From assembly GCF_030028105.1 (NCBI RefSeq), contig NC_092402.1:64901110-64965109 (forward strand): DNA of 64,000 nucleotides, written 5' to 3'. The translations under genes and the position numbers were made by a program. The stretch is from Mobula birostris (taxonomy: Eukaryota). Positions 39,612-52,600 of the stretch are shown here, piece by piece (position 1 is the stretch's first letter; every line of letters starts with the position of its first letter). The notes under the pieces are model-generated. The model saw only the letters and a program-made list of their open reading frames with translations. It ran no database searches and was not told where the DNA came from.

Positions 39612-42600
39612 GGTGAAATTAGAGTTTTGTTCTCTGGTTCCGAGTTTGCTGGAGCGATCAGTCCCGATCTGAACTGCTGGCGCAGGTGAGAGCGGCTTTG
39701 AGCTGCTTTTATGAGCAGTGCGGATCTGGGCTTGGTCAGGGTGTCAGCTGACAGAAATGGGCATGGTAACATCGAGATAGAGGAGGAGCTAGGCACACCC
39801 TCTCCCATGGGTTCCAACCTGTCCGCTTGTGCATGGTAACCGCTCTCGGGGCCTCGGGCCAAACTGGCGTCAGCAAGAATGAGTGAGTCCGGGAAACAAG
39901 AAGAGCTCCCTCCTGGAGCTCAAGCTACGCCGATCAAGAGCGGAGAAACGACCATTAGGTGTCAGTTTGACTGCCCAACCCACCTGACCCACGGTGGTTG
40001 AGATACATTGTACAGATAGGTGGTAGATTCAGAGTATCTCCATCACTGCAAGGCATGCTGGGACATTTTGAAAGCAGCTCCCGGTTCCCGGTCATTTTAC
40101 TTGCCCTCCGAATTCCCATACCGACCTGGCTGCCCTGGACGTCCTGGATTGCAAGGATCATGCTAGAGGAACAGCACCTCATATTCCCTTTGCCCCTCCA
40201 CCTATCTTTGCATTGTCTGTAAAATTTGCAATAAAGTCATCAATTCCTTCAACAAATGATTGACTTATAATATAAAAAGAATTGGTCCCAACATAGACCC
40301 CTGTAAAACACCACTGGTCACTGGCATCCAACAAGAACGGGCTCCCTTTATTCCCACTCTTTGCCTCCTGCCAATCAGCCACAGCTTTACCCATGCTAGA
40401 ATCTTCCCTGTAATACCATGTACACGTAGCTTGTTAAGCAGCCTCATGTGTGGCACCTTGTCAAAGCCCTTCTGGAATTCCAAGTGTACAAGATTAACCA
40501 ATTCTCCATTATCTATCCTGTTTGTTATTACTTCAAAGAATTCCAACAGATTTGTCAGGCAAGATTTTCCCTTGAGCAAACCATGCTGAGTACAGCCTAT
40601 TTTATCTTATGCCTCCAAGTATCCTGACAGCTCATCCTTAATAATCGACTCCAACACCTTCCCAGCCAATGAGGTCAGACTAACTGGCCTATATTTTCCT
40701 TTCTTCTACCTCTCTCCCTCCTTGGAGAGTGGAGTGACATTTACAATTTCCCAGTCTTCTGAAACCATTCCAGAATCTAGTGATTCTTGAAAGATAACTA
40801 CTAATGCTTCCACGATCTCTTCAGCCATCTCTTTCAGAACTCTGGTGTGTACACCATCTGGTCCAGGTGACTTATCTACCTTCAGACCTTTCAGCTTCCT
40901 GAGAACCTTCTCTCTAGTTATGGTAACTTCACACATTTCATGCTCCCTGACACCTGGAACTTCCGCCATACTGCCCTCCCCACCTCCCTTATTCGGTTCC
41001 ATCTTTCACCTTCATCTCCTATCAGATCCCACCATCTGCAACCCTCTGTCACGTCCACATGTCTCCTCCCAGTCTCTGTCACTATAGGGTCACAATTCTA
41101 CAGTATCATGGCTGCCTGGTCTTGGCCTCAGCTCCACTTTCTCATCCCCTTCCCATCCCATATGTTTGACCGAGTCAGTGGATGCTGGAGCTGGTCTGCA
41201 CTTCACATTCATCTCTTGCGCAGTGTCTACGTACCACGCAGCTCACTAGTCCTGGCAGTCTCCCTTTTGTAGCTGTTACGTGAGATGGAGCAGGCCACAG
41301 GATGTAGACAGTGGAAACAAAGGCCCTGCCAGAGAACCACCCTGATGGCTTTTTGGCTACTGATGTTTTCAAGGGCCCTTAAAACTTTCAGATATTGGTG
41401 GTAGTTAGGCATCTGAGTAATTCAAAAGAATAGATGCTGTTGTGAAAATATATTTATTTCCTGTAGGATGTTCACTTTCTGTAAATGAATGAAAAAATAA
41501 TACAAATATTCACTAAAGTAAGCAAACTTGTCATTTTAATGAAGGGAAGCAGCACAGATAAAATGACTGCGGTCCTGCTAGGTGAAACCTCTATGCTAGT
41601 GTAAGCTGAAAGGCCAGAGTAGCTTTGGAGTAAGGACTGGTGCATGTAGCCTTAGCTGGGGCCTGTGAGTGTGCCCTTGACTACACCTTTGCTTGTGGAA
41701 AGTGGGAGGAATCAAAAGAGAAGTTACTAAGGGTAAGGACATGCTCTGCCAGGCAGAGGAACAGTGTTGACAGAGGACTGCACACACAAAATGCTGGAGA
41801 AACTCAGCAGGCAGCATCTGCGGAGAGGAGTAAACAGTTGATATTTCAGGCTGAAACCCTTCTTCAAGATTTCCAGCATCTGCAGATTTTCTCACGTTGA
41901 CAGAGAGTAACTGGTTGCATCATTATTCCGGAGAGATGCTAAGGGCCCAAAGACCATTATGCGGTAATTCTCTTAGATGTATAGAATTTTCAGCAACCAT
42001 TATTTTCTGCTGCCTCAAAAGGATTATCTTGTTAACTGATGAAATGCCATCATATATTTACTGTACTTGATGGTTTCGTGGCACAGGGGTCGGAAAGAAT
42101 GTGAGAAACCTCCTGGACTTCATGTCCTCATTCAGGTCGGTCTGAAACCTGGGTTTGAGAGGAACCCACTCGTTGGTGCAAGAACTCAGCCGTGTGTGAT
42201 GAAAATTGCTAACTACAGAAAAAAAATTGTTTCTCCTGACGGGTGCAACACTACAAATGCTTCATTTGCTGTAAATTTATGCTGAAATACTCCTCAATAC
42301 GACTGATCAATGTTAATGCTTAATCGCAACAATTTATATGTGTCAGAATATAGGTAGTGATTGTCTAATGAAAGGGACTTGACCCTGAAAAGCATTTTTT
42401 CAAGCAAAATTTCATAAATGGAGATGGCTGTGTGAATTCCATTAACTTGAACCTGAACTTCAAATGGTACAATTTGTTATTATGCACCATGATTGACACA
42501 TCAAGGAGATATAAAGATTTCTAAATAGAAAGCACATACCCTAGAAGGTCAATAAATTTTTTTTTAAAGTTGTTAACCAACATTTATATATTGTTTGTAT

Positions 42601-43889
42601 AAATATATTTGAAACTGTAAAAAACATTGCAACCCATGTTTACAAAGTATCTCGGGTTCCAAAGAAATGTTTGGAGTTTTCTACCAGGCCAGAGGTCTTC
42701 CAGGTTAGTGCATTATTCATGATACCGCACAAAGATGTTCACAATTCTTGCCTATTATATGCTATTGTCTTTGTCTCTCTGTGTCCATCAGAATTGTTGC
42801 CTTTTATTACCCTCTTGCTACAATTTGGAAAAGCTATGCCAATTGGCTAATGTAGCATATATCTTCCCTCACAAGCTTTCCCTGTGCTTTAATTCCCAAT
42901 TTGGCGAAGCAGTTGACTGAGGTCACAAGTTGAACATGCTTCATATTTGCCTCTATATGTGTTGCAAAACTGTCTAATATGCCTCCAATGACATTTCTGC
43001 TTAGATTTGATCAAGGGCAGCTGATGTCCAATGGGTCTAACAACAGATCTTGGAGAATTCAGAAAGTGTGATTTTCTTTTTGTGCGATCAGAATGCCACT
43101 TTCTTTGTGGGAAGTAAAGACAGTGTCTGGGTGTCTGTGTTTTCTCCAACCACGCTGAGCTGCTTGGCATCAAATTCTCTTCAGATGCACAATGCGGCAG
43201 GTCCTCTCCAATTTGGTCTCATTTGGAAGCTAATAATAGTCATAGGCATAGTCATACTTTATTGATCGCGGGGGAAATTGGTTTTTGTTACAGTTGGACC
43301 ATAAATAATAAGTAGTAATAGAACCATAAATATTTAAATAGTAATATGTAAATTATGCCAGTAAATTATGAAATAAGTCGAGGACCAGCCTATTGGCTCA
43401 GTAGCTTCCAATATGAGCTGATGGTAGTACACGTGCAAGTAATTGGTTTGATATTGTCACATGTACTGAGAAGATGTAGAGAAATGCTTTTGCTATTCAC
43501 GCCATCCAGACAGGGTATCCAAACGTAATAACTTCGAGGTAGTACTAAAGGAATACAGAATTGTTGAGACGAACAGCTGAACCCAAATGCAGGACACTGA
43601 TACAGAGAGACAGAGTTGACACCGGCAAACAACAGCGCGGAAGGAGAATCTAGAATACACAATTGTAAGCGGCCTAGGACGTGAACTAGCACACTGGCTG
43701 AAGCAACGATCTGGCGATGAGTGGATGGAAAGCCGGGGTACTTATGCTGCAGGTTAGATGAGATTCAGGTACGCCGCAATCAGGAAGCCCGGGAGAACAA
43801 AAGGACCGCCACGCCCACCGTGCCGACACACAGTCACACATACACACACACACACGCACACACACACAAACGCAAACAACATTTAGTTA

Positions 43890-45002
43890 CTTCCTCCACT
43901 ATCAACTCTGCTCTCAAACGCATCTCCCCCATTTCACGCACATCTGCTCTCACTCCATCTTCCCGCCACCCCACTAGGAATAGAGCTCCCCTGGTCCTCA
44001 CCTGCCACCCCACCAGCCTCCGGGTCCAACATATTATTCTCCGTAACTTCCGCCAACTCTGACGGGATCCCACCACTAAGCACATCTTTCCCTCCCCCGC
44101 CTCTCTGCTTTCTGCAGGGATCGCTCCCTACGCGACTCCCTTGTCCATTCGTCCCCCCCACCCCTCCCCACCCCTCCCCACTGATCTCCCTCCTGGCACT
44201 TATCCTTGTAAGCGGAACAAGTGCTACACGTGCCCTTACACTTCCTCCCTTACCACCATTCAGGGCCACAGACAGTCCTTCCAGGTGAGGTGACACTTCA
44301 CCTGTGAGTCGGCTGGGGTGATATACTGCATCCGGTGCTCCCGATGTGGCCTTCTATATATTGGCCAGACCCGACGCAGACTGGGAGACCGCTTTGCTGA
44401 ACACCTACGCTCTGTCTGCCAGAGAAAGCAGGATCTCCCAGTGGCCACACATTTTAATTCCACATCCCATTCCCATTCTGACATGTCTATCCACGGCCTC
44501 CTCTACTGTAAAGATGAAGCCACACTCAGGTTGGAGGATCAACACCTTATATTCTGTCTGGGTAGCCTCCAACCTGATGGCATGAACATTGACTTCTCAA
44601 ACTTCCGCTAATGCCCCACCTCCCCCTCGTACCCCATCCGTTATTTATTTTTATACGCACATTCTTTCTCGCATGCTCCTTTTTCTCCCTCTGTCCCTCT
44701 GACTATACCTCTTGCCCATCCTCTGGTTTCCCCCACCCCTTGTCTTTCTCCCCGGACCTCCTGTCCCATGATCCTCTCATATCCCTTTTGCCTATCACCT
44801 GTCCAGCTCTTGGCTCCATCCCTCCCCCTCCTGTCTTCTCTTATCATTTTGGGTCTCCCCCTCCCTCTCCCACTTTCAAATCCCTTACACACTCTTCCTT
44901 CAGTTAGTCCTGTTGAAGGGTCTCGGCCCGAAACGTCGACTACAGCTCTTCCTAGAGATGCTGCCTGGCCTGCTGCATTCACCAGCAACTTTTACGTGTG
45001 TT

Positions 45003-45004
<2 letters not shown>
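43890..45004 (+). mobile_element. 5'-truncated Penelope-like (Neptune-type) retroelement, unique to the last unit
   Basis: ORF 44318-44611 (IYCIRCSRCGLLYIGQTRRRLGDRFAEH...LEDQHLIF) is a GIY-YIG endonuclease. It has an upstream Cys-rich linker CKRNKCYTCP and the 3' tail GAAGGGTCTCGGCCCGAAACGTCG. It sits in the (CA)n tract of the solo LTR. Confidence 0.92.
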
Positions 45005-45043
<39 letters not shown>

Positions 45044-48000
45044 GACGGGGAGCTGGAGAAACACGCGGGAAAAGGGAATTAGGAGAACATCAGGAATAAA
45101 TATAAGGGACGGCCGGGACCGTGACAAGAATATTACAGAGCAAGTGCAATACAGGTTGACAAATCAGGTTCAAGGTTGACAATACATTTTCACCTAGCAA
45201 ACACATGGAATTTGTACACATTTATTGTATGTATTTTGCCAATCTCGATAATGAAAGTATTGTTGTTGACATTTAGATAGCAGTGGCACTTTATTTTCTA
45301 TGCCTAATTCAGAAGATGAAACCATGCTTAGGATGTTGTTGGGAAATAAGTAGTGTGTAGTTGGAGATTTTGGTACAAGGCCTTAGAATCACTATCCTGG
45401 TTTTCCCAAGGCATCAGCTTTATTTGTGCTCAGGATTATGCACGTTACTTCATGATCTGCAGTATTGCATCTCTTGCTGTCAAGTTGCATAATCCATGGT
45501 GAGATTCCAACAGATGATCTGCTTGCCCTCAAAAAGCCACTTACACTGCCATTAGTGAATTATCGGCAGAGAAGATCACAGAGAAGCTGATGGTGGGGCA
45601 CGATCAGCTGCATATATAGCTTTAACCATGCTCAAGATGGCAACTACTAACTTGCCAAGCTCACCTACTTCTGGCTTAGCCATCGATCCTCAGCAAATTG
45701 CTGAGAACAGAACCTTACATTAATGACAGCAGGGATATTGACTCCCTCCTTCACGCCCAAGGACAAAGCTGGGAACTGGGCCATGTATGCAGCTGGATGT
45801 GGGCAGGAAACATCGATATGAACATGGTCCTGGAACGTGCAGTCAGAAAATGGCCGGGAGGTAAATGGGTGAATGGAGTATGATTAAGTACCTGGCCAGA
45901 ATCAAGTTTATAATTATGGCTGAGGTATGACTAGGAGAGGCACCAAATGTGCAACCTGGAGCAGAGTTAGATGTGCAATAGCTACTCCAGTTAAAAGCAA
46001 TTGTATGCAACTTCCACTCTGTGTACTTTACTAAATTTAGGGCACTGGAACCTTTGATAATGCTGCAGTCACATCCCAATAATGTGTTTGATCTTTCAAT
46101 GACTTCAAGAAGTGGGATGGAGAACACACCCATGTCTATCAATGGTGCTGTAGTGGAGATGGTTGGGAGTTTCAAATGACCAGGTGTACTTATCACCGAC
46201 AATTTGTCTTGGCTCAGCTACATGGATGATACAGCCAAGGAAGCACATTAGTGCCTCTACTTCCTCAGAATTCTAAGGAACTTCAGCATGTCCCTGATGA
46301 CCCTCACCAATTTTCACAGATTCTGTCTGTAAGCCCCCCTGGCAAGCCTCAGGGTCGCTCAACTTGCTGTCGTCTCGGGAAACAGCCCTCGCCCCACCAA
46401 ACTGGGTAATTAAGTTTGCGTGGATGCTGTGTGATGTAACCCACCCTGCCAAATAACAGACAATACACCATATATGATAAAATGAATGACAGTTTATAGA
46501 GATTACTGGAACTATATAATGAATAGACATAAAATATAAAAGGAAATGAAAGGCACCACACTTATCAAAGTTCAATCTCTTCATGCACAAACAGTTGGAG
46601 CTCTAGTAACGATCCTCTCTTCACCATTCGTTCCCCTCTGACCACTTCGACGTGCCGCCTGGGACCAACCACGGTGGTCGACCAGGCGCTCCACACGAGT
46701 CTGTCGCCGTCTCCTCTCCTCACCGAAGACCCCGGACCTTGGACTCCTGCTCGGGTCCGACCCCGTTAGCCAGCTCACAGCACATTGTCCATCCTCTCTC
46801 TGTCCATGGCGCCTTCTCCCCAAAAACCCACGCATCATAATAACTTACAGACACACTAGAAAGAATAACATGGATGCCCATTGGTTCATTTGTTCTCTTA
46901 TCAACATGATAACCCAAACAAGCTGTGAGCGAGAGAACTTTCTCAGCAGTTAACATAACAAAGAAGCCATTTTAATTATAACACAACAAAGAAGCCATTT
47001 TAATTAGCCTACGCAGTAACATAAAAGAAGAAACCCCTTACATATAAAACATACTATCTGGATGCTCTGAGTTAGCAAGAATCTATGAACCCCCACCTTA
47101 AATACACCTGATGACGTGGCCTCCACAGCCAATTATGGCAACAAATTCCACAGATTCACCACCCCCTGGCTATAGAAATCTCTCCTAATCTTCATTCTAA
47201 ATGGACGTCCCTCTATTCTGAGTGTATACCCTCTGCTCTGAGACTCACGCACTATGGGAGGCTACTTTTGAGATCGTTTTTGATATTGTTGGCTAGCTTA
47301 CCTTTGTAGCTCATTTTTTAGCTCCTTATGGCTATTTTAGTTGTCTTCTGTTGATTTCTGAAAGCTTCCCACTCCTCAAGTTTCCCACTAATTTTCCTTC
47401 TATTATATGCCCTGTGTTTTGCTCTTATGTCGGCCTTGACTTCTCTTGTCAGCCACTTGCCTTGAGAATATTTCTTCTTTGGGATGTATCTGTCCTGTAT
47501 CTTCCAAATTGCTCCCAGAGGCTCTAACCATTGTTGCTCTGCCGTCATCCCTGCTAATGTTTCCTTCCGATCAGCTTTGGCCAGCACCCCTCTCATGCCT
47601 CTGTAATTCCCTTTACTCCACTGTAATACTGATACATCTGACTTTAGCTTCTCCCTCTCAAATTGCAGGGTGAATTCTATCATATTATGATCACTGTCTC
47701 ATAAGGGTTCCTTTACTTTAAGCTTCCTCATCAAATCTGGTTCATTACACAACACCCATTCCAGAATAGCCTTTCCCCTAGTGGGCTCAACCACCACCTT
47801 CTTTAAAAGGGCCATCTTGTCCACAATCTACAAATCCTCTCTTGCAATCCAGCATCAACTTGATTTTCCCAATCTATCTGCATATTGAAATCTGACTATT
47901 GTCACATTGCCCTTTGAGATGCCTTGTTTATCTCCCGTTGTAATTTGTTTTCTTAGTGATTTCCAATTTTCAATTCATCCTATCTTCCTGCAAATTGTCT

Positions 48001-49672
48001 ACATCCATTCATTCCCTGCCTGTTCACGTGGCTGCATAAGTGGTTCTAAAATGTTCATATCCTATCTACTTCCAACAACCAGTGTTTCAGCACATTCTGG
48101 GCATCCACCACTCTCTGTATAAAGAACTTGACTTGTACATTTTCTTTAAACTTTCCTACTTTCACCTTAAATCTACGTATGTCCTCCAATATTTGACATT
48201 TCCACCTGGGGAAAAACTCTGATTAGTTACCCGATCTTTACCTCTCATAATTTTATATACTCTTTATCATGTCGCCCGTCAGCCACCAACACATCGAATA
48301 CACTCCAATCCATACAGCATCCTGGCGAATCTCTTATACATTCTCGGTCCAAAGTCCTTCCATTCTTCCTGCAGTGCAGAAACCAGAATGGGACAAAATA
48401 CTCCAAATGTGGCCTAGCCAAAGTTTTGTGTAGCTACAACATGATTTGCCAACTTTAACTCAATACCCTGACCAATGAAGGCAAGCATAACCTACACCTA
48501 TTTTACTACCCTAATCTCTTGTACTATCACTTTCTATGGATATGCTTTGTAGTTCTTCTTGTAAACTGGAGATTGGAAATTGCAGGCCTATACTAACTTG
48601 AAACAGGTGAGAGACTGTTTCATCCAGGACGCTCACCGCCCATAGATGAAGGTTACTTTCCTCATTCAATTTGGACTGTTTCCCATGGGATTGTTCTGAT
48701 TCTTTGTGTCTCTCACTATACCTTTCAACTGGGCAGCATTTACGATGCTCAGAACTCTTGAGAGAAAGGAGAATATTCACACGATTAAAATTTTTTTTAT
48801 CAGATTCCAATGGCACTGTAGTGCAGTTGTTAGCACAATGCTTTACAGTGTAGACAACTGAGGTTCAATTCCCGCCACTGCCTGTAAGGAGTTTGTATGT
48901 TCTCACTGTGACCGCGTGGGTTTCCTCCGGGTGCTCCAGTTTCCTTCCACAGTCCAAAGACATACAGGTCGGTAGGTTAATTGGTCATTGTAAATTGTCC
49001 CCTGATTAGGCTAGCGTTAAAAATTGGGCAATATGGCTCGAAGGGCCTGTTCCGCGCTGTATCTCAATAAGTCGATAAATATGTTCTCTAAGACAATGTA
49101 AAAGTAATTTCTTTGGTGAAGGAGGAGCTAGCTGGCTGCTATGCTTGGACTTGTGTGATAGCTTTAAACATATTTTATGTTTCTTTCAGTAACCTTCCTC
49201 TAACTTACAAATTATTTCAAAGTTCTTGAATTTCTGACAAAGGTATGATGGTTTCTCTTTTCAGTACTTGAATAATGTGCTTAAGCAAAGAAAGAGTCCA
49301 GATTGGCAGATTCAAAAATTTCAGTTTATTCAGTGTTAACAGAAATGCCACAAAAGATAAATCCCCAACATAAAATGAGTCAAAATCACAAATCAGAGCA
49401 CCACATCTAAAACTTTGATTAATTTCCTATTTTCAAAGGCCCAAGAAGTAAAGGATGAACTTTCCACTTTTCCCACAAACCCAAGTTACAGACTAACTTG
49501 ACGTTTGCTGTGTATTGGTTAATTTCATGTTGCTTAACTATGTAAAATTGAGTAGAATTTCAAGATCAGGCAGAAAGTTAATCTAAACAAGTTAACCACT
49601 TCACTGAACAGACTGTGTGAATGAAGTGTAAAAACTGGCAAGAGAGTCACCAGAGACATAACTGACAGTAGT

Positions 49673-52600
49673 TTATAACTGATTGATTGAAGATCCACTT
49701 CTGCTTGAAGAGGTCTGCTGCACTGAGCTCAGAATTACTGCTCTTTTTCCACCAGTTTCCATCTCACTGCCCCCTTTGAAGTAGCCAGACATACCACTAC
49801 TTGCGCTGCTGAAATCCCCAAAACTTCCTGTAAAAGGGAGAGGAAAGGAAAAAGACACTTTAGAATATGCATCCTGAAATTGAGAAAACAATTGCAATGA
49901 CATCAAGCAGGTCACAATCTTAACAGAGTAAAACAGCCCCAAGTGCTTCACGTAACTTTTAGTAAGCAAATGCTTGACTCTAAGATTTTATGTATACAGA
50001 TATATCAAAGCATTTTGAAATCATAAATTTTAAAGGAGAGAGAAAAAAGGTGGAAATGAAATTTCGAGAAAGAAATCACTGAAATGTAGGAACTACTTAT
50101 CCATGAGTGCCATTCCATCAGTCATGGCTCAGGGTGTGCAGAGTAGTTTACAGAGACAGGGAAGATCTTTGCTATGGAAAGATTTGAAGACTCAGATCTT
50201 AAAACTGAGGTATACCAGTTTAGGAGCCAATATAAGTCAGTGAGCACAAAAGATGATGGGGGGTAGAATAATTTATAAAATGGACGACATACATTCAGTG
50301 GCCTCTTTATTAGGCACACCTTGTACACCTGCTGGCTAATGCAAATATCTAATCAGTCAATTATGTGGCAGCAACTCAGTGCATAAAGGCATGCAGACAT
50401 GTTCAAGAGGTTCAGTTGTTCAGATCAAACATCAGATGGGGGAAGAAATGTAATCGAAGTGACGTTGACCCAATTGATTGTTGCTGTCAGACGGGATAAT
50501 TTGAGTCTCTCAAGAACTGCTGGTCTCCTGGGATTTTCGTGCACAACAGTCTCTAGAGTTTACGGAGAATGGTACACAAAACAAGGACAATCAGTGAGTG
50601 GAAGTTCTGTGAGTGAAAAAGCCTTGTTAATGAAAGAAGTCAGAGGAGAAAGGCCAGACTGGTTCAAGCTGACAGGAAGACGACAGTAACTCAAATTACT
50701 ACGTGTCACAACAGTGGTGTGCAGAACAGCATCTGAAAGGCACATAATGGTTAAACCTTGAAGTGGATGTGCTACAGCAACAGAAGACCATGAGCAGGTA
50801 CCTAATAAGAGTGGCCACTAAGACTACGGTAGCTTTGATTGAAAATAAACTTATTGCAAGAATTGTTAAAGACTTCCACGTGTTTCTAAAATGACTTCTA
50901 CCATGACCTGTAGTTTCTCCTCTACCATAATCAATGGAGTTTTTGGCTGTAGTTCATCTATTTCCTGCATCTCTGCTCTCCATCCCTCACCTCTCAGACA
51001 GAGCAAGGACAGAGATCCTCTAGTCATTATCTTCCACCTCACCAGTTCAGCGTTTAACAGCTCATCCTTTACAATTTGCACCAGCTTCCACAATATTCCA
51101 CAACTGGATACGTCCATACCTTCCCTGCCTTTCATCATGTAAACGAGACTGTTCCCTGGGCAACTGTCTTCTATCCCAATGTCACTGCGTGTTTTGTGAA
51201 ATTACAGGAGATGCTACACCTGTCCGTTCACCTCTTTCCTTCCCAGTGTCTGGGGATGCAAACAGTCCTTCAAGTTGGAGCAGCAATTCACTTGCACTTC
51301 TTTCAATCTAGTGTCTTGCACTCAGTGTTCACAGTGTGGTTTCCTCCACCAGCTGCAGACGGAGTGACAACATTGCAGAGCACCAGGAGTGACCAAAGCT
51401 CCCTTTTGTTGCCTATTTAACTCTCCATCCAGCTCCCACTCTGACCTCTGTCTGTGGCTTCAATTTCTAATATTCAATTTATAATATGCTGATATAAGGA
51501 GGACCAACATGCGCTTTGCAACTCATTTTCTGTTTGGGCCATGTTGCTGCCTTCTCCACTTGAAATTGAGTACGGCAACATAAGGGAACTTAATTCCTCT
51601 ATTTGCACACCGATTTACCTCACTTTAAAAGTAGGCCTGGCCGACTGGACACGTCAGACAGCCTGACATTTCACACCTTGTCAAGTTCCTCTGTTTGTAT
51701 TCTCACTCTCTAACTGCCTCGATTAACCCGTCGACTGGGTGACGCCAACAACTTATCTAAATAGCAATCTTGGCTTCCCCCTATCTGAGATACTCCCTTG
51801 GTCCTATTGACCTGTCCCCCACCTTCCTGGCAACTTAAAACTCTTACTTTCTTTCTTTCTCAGTTGTGATGAGCGACTTTTGACATGAAACATTGACTCT
51901 ATTTCTCTTCCCTTGGATGCTACCTGGCCTGCTGCGTATTTCCAGTGTAATTTTTAAATTTCATATTTGTAGCATCTGCATTTTTTCACAGTATCAGAGG
52001 AGCCCGATGCTCGGTTTTGGATGCTATCACTGAGATCATGATCATAGGTGAGAAATAGGCCTTTGCAGACTTTGGATTATAGGAAATAAGCTGCCTACCA
52101 AATGAGAACAGGGAAGGACTATTCAAAGGTGAAGCATTGTTCAAGTTCAAGGTTATTGTCATTCACTCGTGCACATGTATACCGCCAAACCAAACAATAT
52201 TCCTCCAGACCAAAGTGCACAACATGGTATATACAACTCGCTCAGAACACATAAAGTAATATAGCCACAAATAAATTAACAAATAATAAGGGTGCATTGA
52301 CAACACAAGTTAAAAAGTAAACAGTATAACGCTGCTGGTGCTTCATGTGTGATGAGACCTGAGAGGAGGCAGGGAATTCATTCGTCTTATGGCCTGGGCT
52401 AAGAAGCTGTTTCCTATCATTGGACAATGGTTAAACAAGCAATGGCATCTTTTGTTGCAAACAGGTAAAGAAAGGACAAAGAGGCATTGCTGACCATGGT
52501 CACAATCGTATGGGGTGTCAGGGTGTCATTCAAACCCCAATTTAGGACGCAACGGGACATTTGAGGACTGAAGGCAACAGAAAGATGTCAAAGAGGGTGT

